Positions 20,185 through 27,338 of a DNA stretch of 33,353 nucleotides are shown piece by piece (the stretch's first letter is position 1; every line of letters begins with the position of its first letter). A model generated the notes under the pieces. That model was not told the origin of the DNA. It worked only from the letters and a program-made list of their open reading frames with translations, and ran no database searches. Source of the DNA: a virus (Duplodnaviria > Caudoviricetes); IMG/VR virus record IMGVR_UViG_3300037042_001805, positions 1 through 33,353 of that record. One strand, given 5' to 3'. A program made the translations under genes and the position numbers.

Positions 20185-20512
20185 CTTTCTTAGTTACGGG
20201 TGTTAGTTTAGGCATCTTTAATTCTTGTGCTTGTGGTTTATTACCAGGTAAGACGGGTTTGTCTAATGCAAGGAATTGTTGTAGAAACTCAAAGTGTGGG
20301 TGTTGTGGTGAGAATACAAATCCTACGCAAGCTAAAATCATTATTAAATCCTCCATTCTATTTAGTTTAGAGAAATCAATGAAATACTGTGCGTCTTGGT
20401 TTACTACTGGTTTGCCGTCTAATGTTGCTTTTGTTGGTTGTTGAAAATCCATTTCTTTTATTTTTTGTTTTTGATTGTTTGTATATGTAAAATATTCTTG
20501 TTCGTTATACAT
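20177..20512 (-). CDS. Hypothetical protein
   Basis: 111-aa ORF with operon-like packing. Confidence 0.65.
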   Translation of the reverse strand: MYNEQEYFTYTNNQKQKIKEMDFQQPTKATLDGKPVVNQDAQYFIDFSKLNRMEDLIMILACVGFVFSPQHPHFEFLQQFLALDKPVLPGNKPQAQELKMPKLTPVTKKDA

Positions 20513-20515
20513 AAT

Positions 20516-21772
20516 TTATCTCCCTACTTCATTTAGATATTTTGATTTGCATTGTTCCCAAGTCATACCAATAATATCAATATAATAAAGTGTTTCGTTT
20601 TTTAATCTACCTTCTGTATGTAGTGTTGTATATCTCTTAATTGCTTTATCTTTCCACCACTTAATTGTATAATCATCACCTTGTTCAAAAATGGGATTTA
20701 ACTTTAATTCGTCTGCGGAAATCTTACTTTGTAAATACTCTTTACCATTCTCATGAAAGATTGAAAAGTATACACCTCTCTTAAATCCATGGTTATATGT
20801 GCCTGCTTTTATTCCAATCTCTTTTAAGATACGATTTAACATTACCTGTTTAGGGCCTGTTGCGTCTATTGAGTATGCGTAAAAGTCTGGATAAGTTTCT
20901 CTAATCCAATTCATCCAGGGTCTATAAACATTATCATCAGGTTTAATTCCTACTTTACCTGCACTCTCTCCTAATGTCTTAAAGTGTTTTATACCATTAT
21001 ACATACTACTTGCACCATATAAAGCAGTTGTGTGTATTGCACATAGGACATCGTTGTATTTAGTAAACCATTCATTACGAAAAGTTGGTGAGGTTGTTAA
21101 GGCTGCCATTAACTTACCACCTAAGAAATTGTATCCTAATGGTTGAGTTGCAACTATGGTTGTTCCCATTGCAATGTTATTTAATTTAGCATCCTTAAAC
21201 TTATTATCTTTACTCCATCCTATAAATTCATCTCTTACCTTTACACTTACTACATCACTACCTAAACTGATAACTCCTAATAGTTTGCCTGTTATTCTAT
21301 CTTTAACATATGCCTTTACATTCCTGCCTGGGTTTGCTGTAAACTCCATACTACTTATTAACCTTCTTATGTTAGTCCACTTTGTCATATCCTCTACAAT
21401 CTCAATATAAGGTTCTAATGCATTGATTTCTGCAATAGTCAAGTCTTTATTGAATATGTCCTGAGGTCTCCATATAGTATCGTAGTATGATTGTAATGCA
21501 GGCAATTTACTCATAGAGGTATGTAAGTCTTTATTCCACTCCTGCCATTTTTTATAGAGTGTGCTTTCCTCTACTGACATATTTGCTATCATAGTAAAAT
21601 TATCTAACAAAGCAGTTTTGTTTCTTTCAAAGTTAAACTCAGTTTCTACCTCAGGTCTATCCCAAAACTTTATACTGGTTTTTTCTTTTTTAACAAATAC
21701 TTCGTCATTAACCCAATCAAAGTTATCACAAAAGTTATCGCCTGGTTCCAAACTATAATCTAATTCCACCAT
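20516..21772 (-). CDS. DUF4338 / DruA-like protein (Mom-like GNAT-fold; putative DNA-modifying enzyme)
   Basis: PGR.....V.D..TGK.LG.ISLGS, RDEFIGW, QPLGYNFLGGKL.A, TTALYG.SSMYN and LGESAG motifs. Confidence 0.75.
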   Translation of the reverse strand: MVELDYSLEPGDNFCDNFDWVNDEVFVKKEKTSIKFWDRPEVETEFNFERNKTALLDNFTMIANMSVEESTLYKKWQEWNKDLHTSMSKLPALQSYYDTIWRPQDIFNKDLTIAEINALEPYIEIVEDMTKWTNIRRLISSMEFTANPGRNVKAYVKDRITGKLLGVISLGSDVVSVKVRDEFIGWSKDNKFKDAKLNNIAMGTTIVATQPLGYNFLGGKLMAALTTSPTFRNEWFTKYNDVLCAIHTTALYGASSMYNGIKHFKTLGESAGKVGIKPDDNVYRPWMNWIRETYPDFYAYSIDATGPKQVMLNRILKEIGIKAGTYNHGFKRGVYFSIFHENGKEYLQSKISADELKLNPIFEQGDDYTIKWWKDKAIKRYTTLHTEGRLKNETLYYIDIIGMTWEQCKSKYLNEVGR

Positions 21773-21959
21773 GCTGATTACAATTGAATAGGTTATCTAA
21801 ATATTCTTTTCTACGGGTGCATCCACAATCTGGGTTCTTAAAGAAAGTCCATGCAACCCATCCGGCTAGGGAAGTTCCCCAACCGAATGAAATCACATTT
21901 ATTAAACTTTCCAACCAGCTTCCTAGTGGAAAAACACAGAGTTTATTATTTTTTGACAT
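21753..21959 (-). CDS. Small protein with LG..LE and DCGC..RKE.L..LF motifs
   Basis: Motif I recognise from Bacteroidota phages; overlaps both neighbours. Confidence 0.65.
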   Translation of the reverse strand: MSKNNKLCVFPLGSWLESLINVISFGWGTSLAGWVAWTFFKNPDCGCTRRKEYLDNLFNCNQHGGIRL

Positions 21960-22314
21960 TCTTTCTTTTTATTTGTATTCCTACTTCTTTCCATCTCGCT
22001 TCTACTCCTACTGCAGTTCTACCTAACTCCTGTATTTGTCCTGATTGAGTATTGACAATTGCTGCAGCATCACCACCTGCTTTTGATTTAGTAATGATAA
22101 CTCTATAATCTCTACTCTTATTCCAACCATAACCATATTTTAAGTTTAGGTCTCTCTCAGCGTCTGCCGCTTGGTCTATATCTGTGAAAGTAATAACTTG
22201 TTCTACATCATTGATTGTGTAACCTTTCCTGTAATGTAGTTTCTTAATTCTTTTGTGTAAGTTCTGTGTGCATCCCCATTGTTTTCTTTTAGGGATATGG
22301 TAAACATAATACAT
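21946..22314 (-). CDS. GIY-YIG-like nuclease (122 aa; start moved to ATG 22314)
   Basis: YYVYHI......GCT.NL.KR and A...E..L pattern. The promoter at 22346-22375 rules out the longer start. Confidence 0.55.
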   Translation of the reverse strand: MYYVYHIPKRKQWGCTQNLHKRIKKLHYRKGYTINDVEQVITFTDIDQAADAERDLNLKYGYGWNKSRDYRVIITKSKAGGDAAAIVNTQSGQIQELGRTAVGVEARWKEVGIQIKRKNVKK

Positions 22315-22345
22315 AGTGCCATTTTTTGTTTTGTGTGTAATAATA

Positions 22346-22375
22346 AATATAAGTAATTTTTTTATAATTACCAAA
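22346..22375 (-). promoter_or_regulatory. Early/middle promoter TTTGGTAA-N14-CTTATATT
   Basis: Third copy of the motif at 23940-23969 and 24175-24204; resembles Bacteroidota -33 TTTG / -7 TAnnTTTG. Confidence 0.7.
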
Positions 22376-22376
22376 T

Positions 22377-22535
22377 CTATTTTTTAATATATTGTTTTAT
22401 AATGTTAGATGCCAATGCTGAAATCTTAAATCCATGTTGGTCACAATATGCTTTTAGCATTTCATGTGTCTCTTTGGTTACTTGAATTAGTGCCCAATTT
22501 CTGTCTTGTTTTGTTGTTGTTTTTTTGTCTGTCAT
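22377..22535 (-). CDS. Ribbon-helix-helix (Arc/CopG-like) regulator, 52 aa
   Basis: Translated by hand: ...WALIQVTKETHEMLKAYCDQHGFKISALASNIIKQYIKK, a strand-helix-G-S-helix pattern. Confidence 0.7.
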   Translation of the reverse strand: MTDKKTTTKQDRNWALIQVTKETHEMLKAYCDQHGFKISALASNIIKQYIKK

Positions 22536-22546
22536 TTTGTTTGTTG

Positions 22547-22765
22547 TTAATTATTAAAATATTTGTTCCATCCTGTTTCATCTTGTGCAAGTTTATTTCC
22601 AAACTTTGCGTCTGCGGGTAATTCGTCCTGTGTTTTCACTATGTCTCTTAGTCTTTGGTTTTCTAATTCCAATTCTTTCATTTTTGCAGAAACATCTGTA
22701 ACTTCTCCTGTTTCAACATTTACAAGCTTGTTGTAAAGTTTTGTTTTATTAAGCGTAAATTCCAT
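22547..22765 (-). CDS. Hypothetical protein (72 aa from ATG 22765)
   Basis: ATG overlaps the end of the upstream gene; NVETGEV motif plus coiled coil. Confidence 0.6.
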   Translation of the reverse strand: MEFTLNKTKLYNKLVNVETGEVTDVSAKMKELELENQRLRDIVKTQDELPADAKFGNKLAQDETGWNKYFNN

Positions 22766-23447
22766 TTTGATATTGTTGTTTTTTGTTTTTGTAATTTTGT
22801 TGTGCGGTAGTATCATTAGGTAAATAAAGTTCTATTAAGTTATCAAAACCACCATAGTCCTCATTTATTTCTGACATTACTGATTGAAACTTAAATCTAC
22901 TATCTACTGAAATAAACTTATCTATAACTCTTTCTAACATAGGTCTTGTTAACTCTATATCAGTTTCATCTATCATATAATCTACTTCTGTATTTTCAAT
23001 TTCAGGAATAAAAGGTGCAGTATAAACTGCAAGCATTTTCTCTTTCTCTTTCTCTTTATCTTTATCTTTATCTTTATCTTTAAGATTGTTTGGATTGTTT
23101 TTTACAATAGTGGATTGATTTGGATTGTTTATCAAACCATTGGTATCCATTGGATTGTTTTGGATTAAATCATTATACTTTCGTGCATTTTGATTACCTT
23201 TTTTGGCACCGGCATTTTTAGCATTTTCTCTATTCCTTCTACAAACATTTTCATAGTTTTCACTTTGTAAATCAAAATCCCTTTTAATAGAGATAAAGAT
23301 ACCCTTCACCAAATCATCATCTATTACAGGCAGTAATCCTTTCTCATATTGTCCAATAGACTTAATAAGTTTTCCAGCCTGCAAATCCGTTAGTTGTTCC
23401 ATCAACTCAAAGTGTGAGGGATATATTATTGTGTTTTTCATGTGCAT
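22749..23447 (-). CDS. DUF6291-like replication initiator / replisome organiser
   Basis: LTD.QAGKLIK.I..Y, F..IK...D.....Y...C.RN and GA.KGNQNARK motifs, then a repeat linker and KDKDKDKEKEK tract. Confidence 0.7.
   Translation of the reverse strand: MHMKNTIIYPSHFELMEQLTDLQAGKLIKSIGQYEKGLLPVIDDDLVKGIFISIKRDFDLQSENYENVCRRNRENAKNAGAKKGNQNARKYNDLIQNNPMDTNGLINNPNQSTIVKNNPNNLKDKDKDKDKEKEKEKMLAVYTAPFIPEIENTEVDYMIDETDIELTRPMLERVIDKFISVDSRFKFQSVMSEINEDYGGFDNLIELYLPNDTTAQQNYKNKKQQYQNGIYA
23041..23170. repeat. 10-bp-phased TGGATT(GTTT) repeats next to a (TCTTTA)n tract; iteron-like
   Basis: TGGATT starts at 23091, 23111, 23121, 23151 and 23161. Confidence 0.65.
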
Positions 23448-23473
23448 TTTCACTTTAATTTTTGTTAAAAATT

Positions 23474-23495
23474 GGGGAGTATATTTCAACTCCCC
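23474..23495 (-). promoter_or_regulatory. Hairpin GGGGAGT-TGAAATAT-ACTCCCC
   Basis: Perfect 7-bp stem; loop identical to that at 24754-24775. Confidence 0.7.
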
Positions 23496-23502
23496 GTTTT
23501 GA

Positions 23503-23874
23503 TTATTTTACATATATTGAATTACCAATATTCTCTGTAAAGTTTTTAATTAAAAATTCAATCACTTCCATTTCGTTATCACCAATTTCATCAATCATAA
23601 AAAGTTTGTGTTCACAATAAATTGAAAAACCACCTAATGTAAAATTAAGATATGGTATATTGATTTTTTTCATTGTATCAATTCTTAAAGAAAACTCAAC
23701 ATCGTCTCCACCTGTATTTGTAGAGAAATATTCCTCACCTGTTTTTTCATCTCTGTAAACGCAGGAAAATTCACATTCTTTTTTTCCGTAATCATTTACC
23801 ATTTTAATACTCTTTAATTGTTTTTCACTTAAAAAGTTTGACTTAATTGTTTCTGTTTTTGTCTTTTTTGACAT
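23503..23874 (-). CDS. Early hypothetical protein, paralogue of 24290..24745
   Basis: Shares L(S/T)EK.LK.IK near the N-terminus and IGN..Y(V/I)K-stop at the C-terminus. Confidence 0.75.
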   Translation of the reverse strand: MSKKTKTETIKSNFLSEKQLKSIKMVNDYGKKECEFSCVYRDEKTGEEYFSTNTGGDDVEFSLRIDTMKKINIPYLNFTLGGFSIYCEHKLFMIDEIGDNEMEVIEFLIKNFTENIGNSIYVK

Positions 23875-23939
23875 GTTGTTTTTGTTCCGTTTTTTACCTA
23901 CGGGACTATCGAGGTTTTGTGTTTGTGTTTAATACTTGT

Positions 23940-23969
23940 AATATACGACAATTATTTTAGATTACCAAA
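23940..23969 (-). promoter_or_regulatory. Leftward early promoter TTTGGTAA-N14-CGTATATT
   Basis: Mirror copy at 24175-24204. Confidence 0.75.
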
Positions 23970-23989
23970 TCTTTTTATAACTATTTTAA

Positions 23990-24170
23990 TTTATCTTGTA
24001 TAATAATATATATATAGAAAAATATAAAAAAGTATAAATGTGGATAAAATGTGGATAACTTACATATATAAAAAAATACATATATATATAAAAACATATA
24101 TAAAAATATACATATATATAAAAAATATAATGTGTATAACTTGTGGATAACTTCTAAAAATAAATATAGA
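23990..24170. other. Putative replication origin: four DnaA boxes around a nearly pure A/T tract
   Basis: TGTGGATAA at 24039, 24050 and 24142 and TGTGTATAA at 24131, all matching TTATNCACA on the minus strand. Confidence 0.7.
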
Positions 24171-24174
24171 ATAA

Positions 24175-24204
24175 TTTGGTAAATTAAATAATTATTCGTA
24201 TATT
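24175..24204 (+). promoter_or_regulatory. Rightward early promoter TTTGGTAA-N14-CGTATATT
   Basis: Mirror of 23940-23969; precedes the only plus-strand operon. Confidence 0.75.
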
Positions 24205-24289
24205 GTATATACAAAGGGTGAAAGAAATGAAACCCTTGTTCTTTGATTTATTAAACACACACAAACTCGGGGGAGTATAAACCACAACA

Positions 24290-24745
24290 ATGATTATGAA
24301 AAAATCACAAAACGAAACAGGTAGTATTTTAACTGAAAAGGATTTGAAAAAAATCAAACTTACAATTAACGAAGGTAAAGACACTTCCACTTGTTATATG
24401 TCATTTACAAATGACATGAAGGACGACCCAAAGAAAGGGGTTTATCTAATGAAGGTTATCAATTCTGCAGGAAGGAAAATGGGTTTAGAGATTTATCAAA
24501 CAACTCATGGTCATGAAGGCGTCCATGTTATCTTAACACCTATTATTCAATTGGATAAAAAAACCAAACAAGTAAATGAATGGTTAGAGATTATTGTTGG
24601 TTGTGACGGATTTGATATCCTGTCAACAGAAATTCCAAATTGGTCAGAATGTGACCCCAATGAGAAAGATTTACTAATTGATTTGATTAAATCAATGATT
24701 AAATATTCCGCGGATAAAATTGGTAATCCAACTTACATTAAATAA
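24290..24745 (+). CDS. Early hypothetical protein, paralogue of 23503..23874
   Basis: Promoter and A-rich leader upstream; terminal motifs shared with the paralogue. Confidence 0.75.
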   Translation: MIMKKSQNETGSILTEKDLKKIKLTINEGKDTSTCYMSFTNDMKDDPKKGVYLMKVINSAGRKMGLEIYQTTHGHEGVHVILTPIIQLDKKTKQVNEWLEIIVGCDGFDILSTEIPNWSECDPNEKDLLIDLIKSMIKYSADKIGNPTYIK

Positions 24746-24753
24746 CAAAAACA

Positions 24754-24775
24754 GGGGGAGTGAAATATCTCCCCC
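24754..24775 (+). promoter_or_regulatory. Hairpin GGGGGAG-TGAAATAT-CTCCCCC
   Basis: Perfect 7-bp stem; same loop as 23474-23495. Confidence 0.7.
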
Positions 24776-24796
24776 ATTATTAAACAAAAAAACAAA

Positions 24797-25039
24797 GTGA
24801 AAATTATGACAGATTTATTACCCAAAGAATTGGAAAAGAAATTATATAGAATGGAGACATATATAGAATTACTAAAAGATAAATACTCTTTATATTCAAT
24901 TCAAAGAGATTATAAATTGCCTGTAAAAGAGTTAAAAGAGTATCTTAAAAAGATTGAATATAAATTATTAACAGACAAAAAATTAACAAGAGACGATAGA
25001 GTATTTCTTAACACATTTGAAAGAGTATATCAAAGTTAA
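24797..25039 (+). CDS. Hypothetical basic helical protein (start may be ATG 24806)
   Basis: 80-aa ORF followed by a terminator. Confidence 0.65.
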   Translation: MKIMTDLLPKELEKKLYRMETYIELLKDKYSLYSIQRDYKLPVKELKEYLKKIEYKLLTDKKLTRDDRVFLNTFERVYQS

Positions 25040-25048
25040 ACCAAAATA

Positions 25049-25074
25049 CCCCACCCTAAAAAGTGGGGATTTTT
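25049..25074 (+). terminator. Rho-independent terminator
   Basis: CCCCAC-N8-GTGGGG followed by ATTTTT. Confidence 0.75.
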
Positions 25075-25138
25075 ATGCACAATTTTCACTTCCCGGAAAT
25101 TACTATAAAACTTTTCCGTGCAAGCTTGTTAAATAATT

Positions 25139-25242
25139 GAGTATGATTAAAAAATACTTTGCAGTCTTAGACATAAATAGCAAAGTTCATACTCTCTATT
25201 ATATCCCCATAAGGTTTGGCCATCTTACCTGTGGGGATTTTT
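25139..25242 (+). ncRNA. Candidate structured small RNA (alternative: 36-aa ORF at 25143-25253)
   Basis: GTTAAATA at 25128-25135, a bulged 15-bp stem at 25139-25194 and a terminator-like hairpin at 25204-25242. Confidence 0.4.
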
Positions 25243-25265
25243 ATTTGCAATAAAGTCAGTGCATG

Positions 25266-25290
25266 AAAAAACCCCCATTCCTGAGGGTTT
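25266..25290 (-). terminator. Putative terminator ending late transcription
   Basis: AAAACCC...GGGTTTT hairpin at the point where the two strands converge. Confidence 0.5.
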
Positions 25291-25370
25291 AGTTACTTTT
25301 GGTATATTATCCTTACTTTACAAATAAAGCGTCTGTATTTAGGTTATAACCTATTTTATAGGGATTTTGA

Positions 25371-25490
25371 CTACTTACCTTGTCCAACATATTTCTTAGT
25401 TGGTTTATCCTTCGGGCCACTACCCTTTTTAGCTTTACCTTTCTTTTTAGTCTTTAGCACTTTTACTTGCACATTCATTCCCTTTGCCAT
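25371..25490 (-). CDS. 39-aa Lys-rich peptide ending KKYVGQGK
   Basis: Translated by hand; TAATG coupling to the upstream ORF; KY.GQG(K/R) end seen in related phages. Confidence 0.7.
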   Translation of the reverse strand: MAKGMNVQVKVLKTKKKGKAKKGSGPKDKPTKKYVGQGK

Positions 25491-25672
25491 TATAATCCTT
25501 TGTATTTGTTATTTGATAAATAATTTATTTCTATTTGTAGTGAGTTTATGTCTTTTGATAATTGTAAAACTAATTCTCTTAGTTCACTTATTTGCTTTTG
25601 TTGTGCCTCTAATTTCAACTCCAAGTCGTAAAGAGTTGAATTGAATTTTTCCTTTCGGAATAAGTGCATCAT
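25490..25672 (-). CDS. Small coiled-coil protein
   Basis: Heptad pattern and operon-like packing. Confidence 0.6.
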   Translation of the reverse strand: MMHLFRKEKFNSTLYDLELKLEAQQKQISELRELVLQLSKDINSLQIEINYLSNNKYKGL

Positions 25673-25678
25673 TTTATT

Positions 25679-25996
25679 TTATTTTGGTTCTTGAATTGGA
25701 ATGCAGTTAGGGACTTGTCTACCATCCATATCTTTCATTCCGTATTGCTCGTAACCTTCGGTGCAGGGGTCATCTGCATCTTTTAAGTTTATACCTCTAA
25801 ACTTTTCGTTGTATGCCACTCTTGCCATTACCTTACTTGCAGTGTCAGTTATCTTTGACATCTTATCAGTATCGTATGTGCTTTTACAAACTGCATATGC
25901 CTGTCCTTCAACATCATATTCATTTGCTATTTCACTTATACATCTGCTGATATATTTGTCCTCTTGTTCTCCTCCTTGTGGTTTTGGTATTGGCAT
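25679..25996 (-). CDS. Putative prohead-associated protein
   Basis: MPIPKP..GE....YISRC...QA.AVC module plus PC.EGYEQ.G.K..DGR.VPNC.P module, both seen in phage head-morphogenesis proteins. Confidence 0.55.
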   Translation of the reverse strand: MPIPKPQGGEQEDKYISRCISEIANEYDVEGQAYAVCKSTYDTDKMSKITDTASKVMARVAYNEKFRGINLKDADDPCTEGYEQYGMKDMDGRQVPNCIPIQEPK

Positions 25997-26005
25997 GATT
26001 TTAAT

Positions 26006-26317
26006 TTATCTTACTCTATATATTTTGTCTTTGTATATACATCTATCTACTGTATCTAATACAACAGTTCTCCATTCGTTTCTATCTGTCTTACTTCTTA
26101 ATACCATATAACCATCTGCTTGATAATCATATACTGCATTACCTGTATACTTTCCCCAATACATTTCTCTATCGTCTCTATCACCATCTAACTTAGTCCA
26201 ATAAATGTAAATAGGATTTGATTTCCTACTTTCTTTCATCATATCATAAAACTCTGCAAAAGTAATTAACTTACCTGCAAACTTTTCAATTTTGTTATTT
26301 ACGATATTTGGTGTCAT
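26006..26317 (-). CDS. SH3/Sm-like beta-barrel protein (DUF2693/WYL_2-like); start moved to ATG 26317
   Basis: W.K.DG....R.M, Y.....G...L and WR....D.V pattern. Confidence 0.5.
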   Translation of the reverse strand: MTPNIVNNKIEKFAGKLITFAEFYDMMKESRKSNPIYIYWTKLDGDRDDREMYWGKYTGNAVYDYQADGYMVLRSKTDRNEWRTVVLDTVDRCIYKDKIYRVR

Positions 26318-26318
26318 A

Positions 26319-27317
26319 TTATATTTTTGCAGGTGATATACTACCGCTTGCAATCTCTCCTGGATATGTGCTAGTTATAGTTGGTTCTCCTTCTAATTCT
26401 ATTTCTCCTAATTCTCTTAATTTATTTCTACTATATGCAAGTCCTGCTTTTCCGCCCCATAATAAAAATGATATGGTTCCACAAGAATTCATATCTGTTT
26501 CGTCATAATATGTTTCTGCTCTACTTAGGAATGAATACATGCGCTTCAATGTTTCAAGTGAGATTGCCTCACCTGCTTCTAACTGAGCACTTCTAACTTT
26601 ACCTACCTGAGTTGCACATTTATTACCATTCTTTTCGTTTAACTCTCTACCTCTTTTAGCATTTCCTTTTACACCATCACCATAGTCAGCAAATGTCTCA
26701 AACATAGTTTTGATTTTAGAAAGTATTTCGGTTGCTTCGTCCTCTGTTAATTCATCTATTGATTTCTCTAATGCAAGTTTTACATCTGATTTACGATGCT
26801 CAAAGAGCCCCTCGATTGAGTAAGAGCGAAAATTGCCGTTTTTTACTTTTTCCCACACCTCATCATTCTCTACTTTATATACTCCAAACCAAGTTCCTAT
26901 CGGTAAAGTGAAATTATATAGATTACTTTTGTCCTTTGCAGATTGTGCAACTATCCAACTTTCTGTAAGATAGATATCGTTTACTTTTTTATCACCATGT
27001 TCAAGTGTTACCTCATGACCATTGCCATCTTTCATAAACTTTCTTGCAATCTTTTCAATTGTTTCAGGAGTAAAATATACAAAATATCTTTTACCTTCAC
27101 CATCTACTCTTAATATCTTTTTGTTTGGCACTAATAACGGGCCAGCAACTAATCTTTTCTCGTCATTTACTGACTTAAAAAACATTTCCTCTTTTCCAAA
27201 GAATACAAAGTCCTTTTCAATTGCACCTGAATGCACAAATGAATTGGCGAAAACTCCGTCCTCTTCGTCAACTAACATCAATTCAAATATTTCCTCGTCC
27301 ATATCTTTCTTTAACAT
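26319..27317 (-). CDS. Prohead protease (XkdF-like serine protease) with C-terminal extra domain
   Basis: EKRLVAGPLLVPNK.I.R, LEH, ESW, LP.GTW and SYSIEG motifs; C-domain CATQVGKVR...LWGG. Confidence 0.85.
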   Translation of the reverse strand: MLKKDMDEEIFELMLVDEEDGVFANSFVHSGAIEKDFVFFGKEEMFFKSVNDEKRLVAGPLLVPNKKILRVDGEGKRYFVYFTPETIEKIARKFMKDGNGHEVTLEHGDKKVNDIYLTESWIVAQSAKDKSNLYNFTLPIGTWFGVYKVENDEVWEKVKNGNFRSYSIEGLFEHRKSDVKLALEKSIDELTEDEATEILSKIKTMFETFADYGDGVKGNAKRGRELNEKNGNKCATQVGKVRSAQLEAGEAISLETLKRMYSFLSRAETYYDETDMNSCGTISFLLWGGKAGLAYSRNKLRELGEIELEGEPTITSTYPGEIASGSISPAKI

Positions 27318-27338
27318 ATCTTATTTTTTTTATTATTA

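Noticed and set aside
20516-21772. Druantia defence system
   Set aside because: Only a DruA-like gene is present, with no DruE helicase or other partners.
23981-24390. ORFs 23981..24214 and 24184..24390 on the minus strand
   Set aside because: The first is a Y/I/F-rich translation of the A/T origin tract; the second is antisense to a real gene and promoter.
25040-25370. tRNA gene in the hairpin-rich intergenic region
   Set aside because: No cloverleaf or T-loop GTTCRA motif found.
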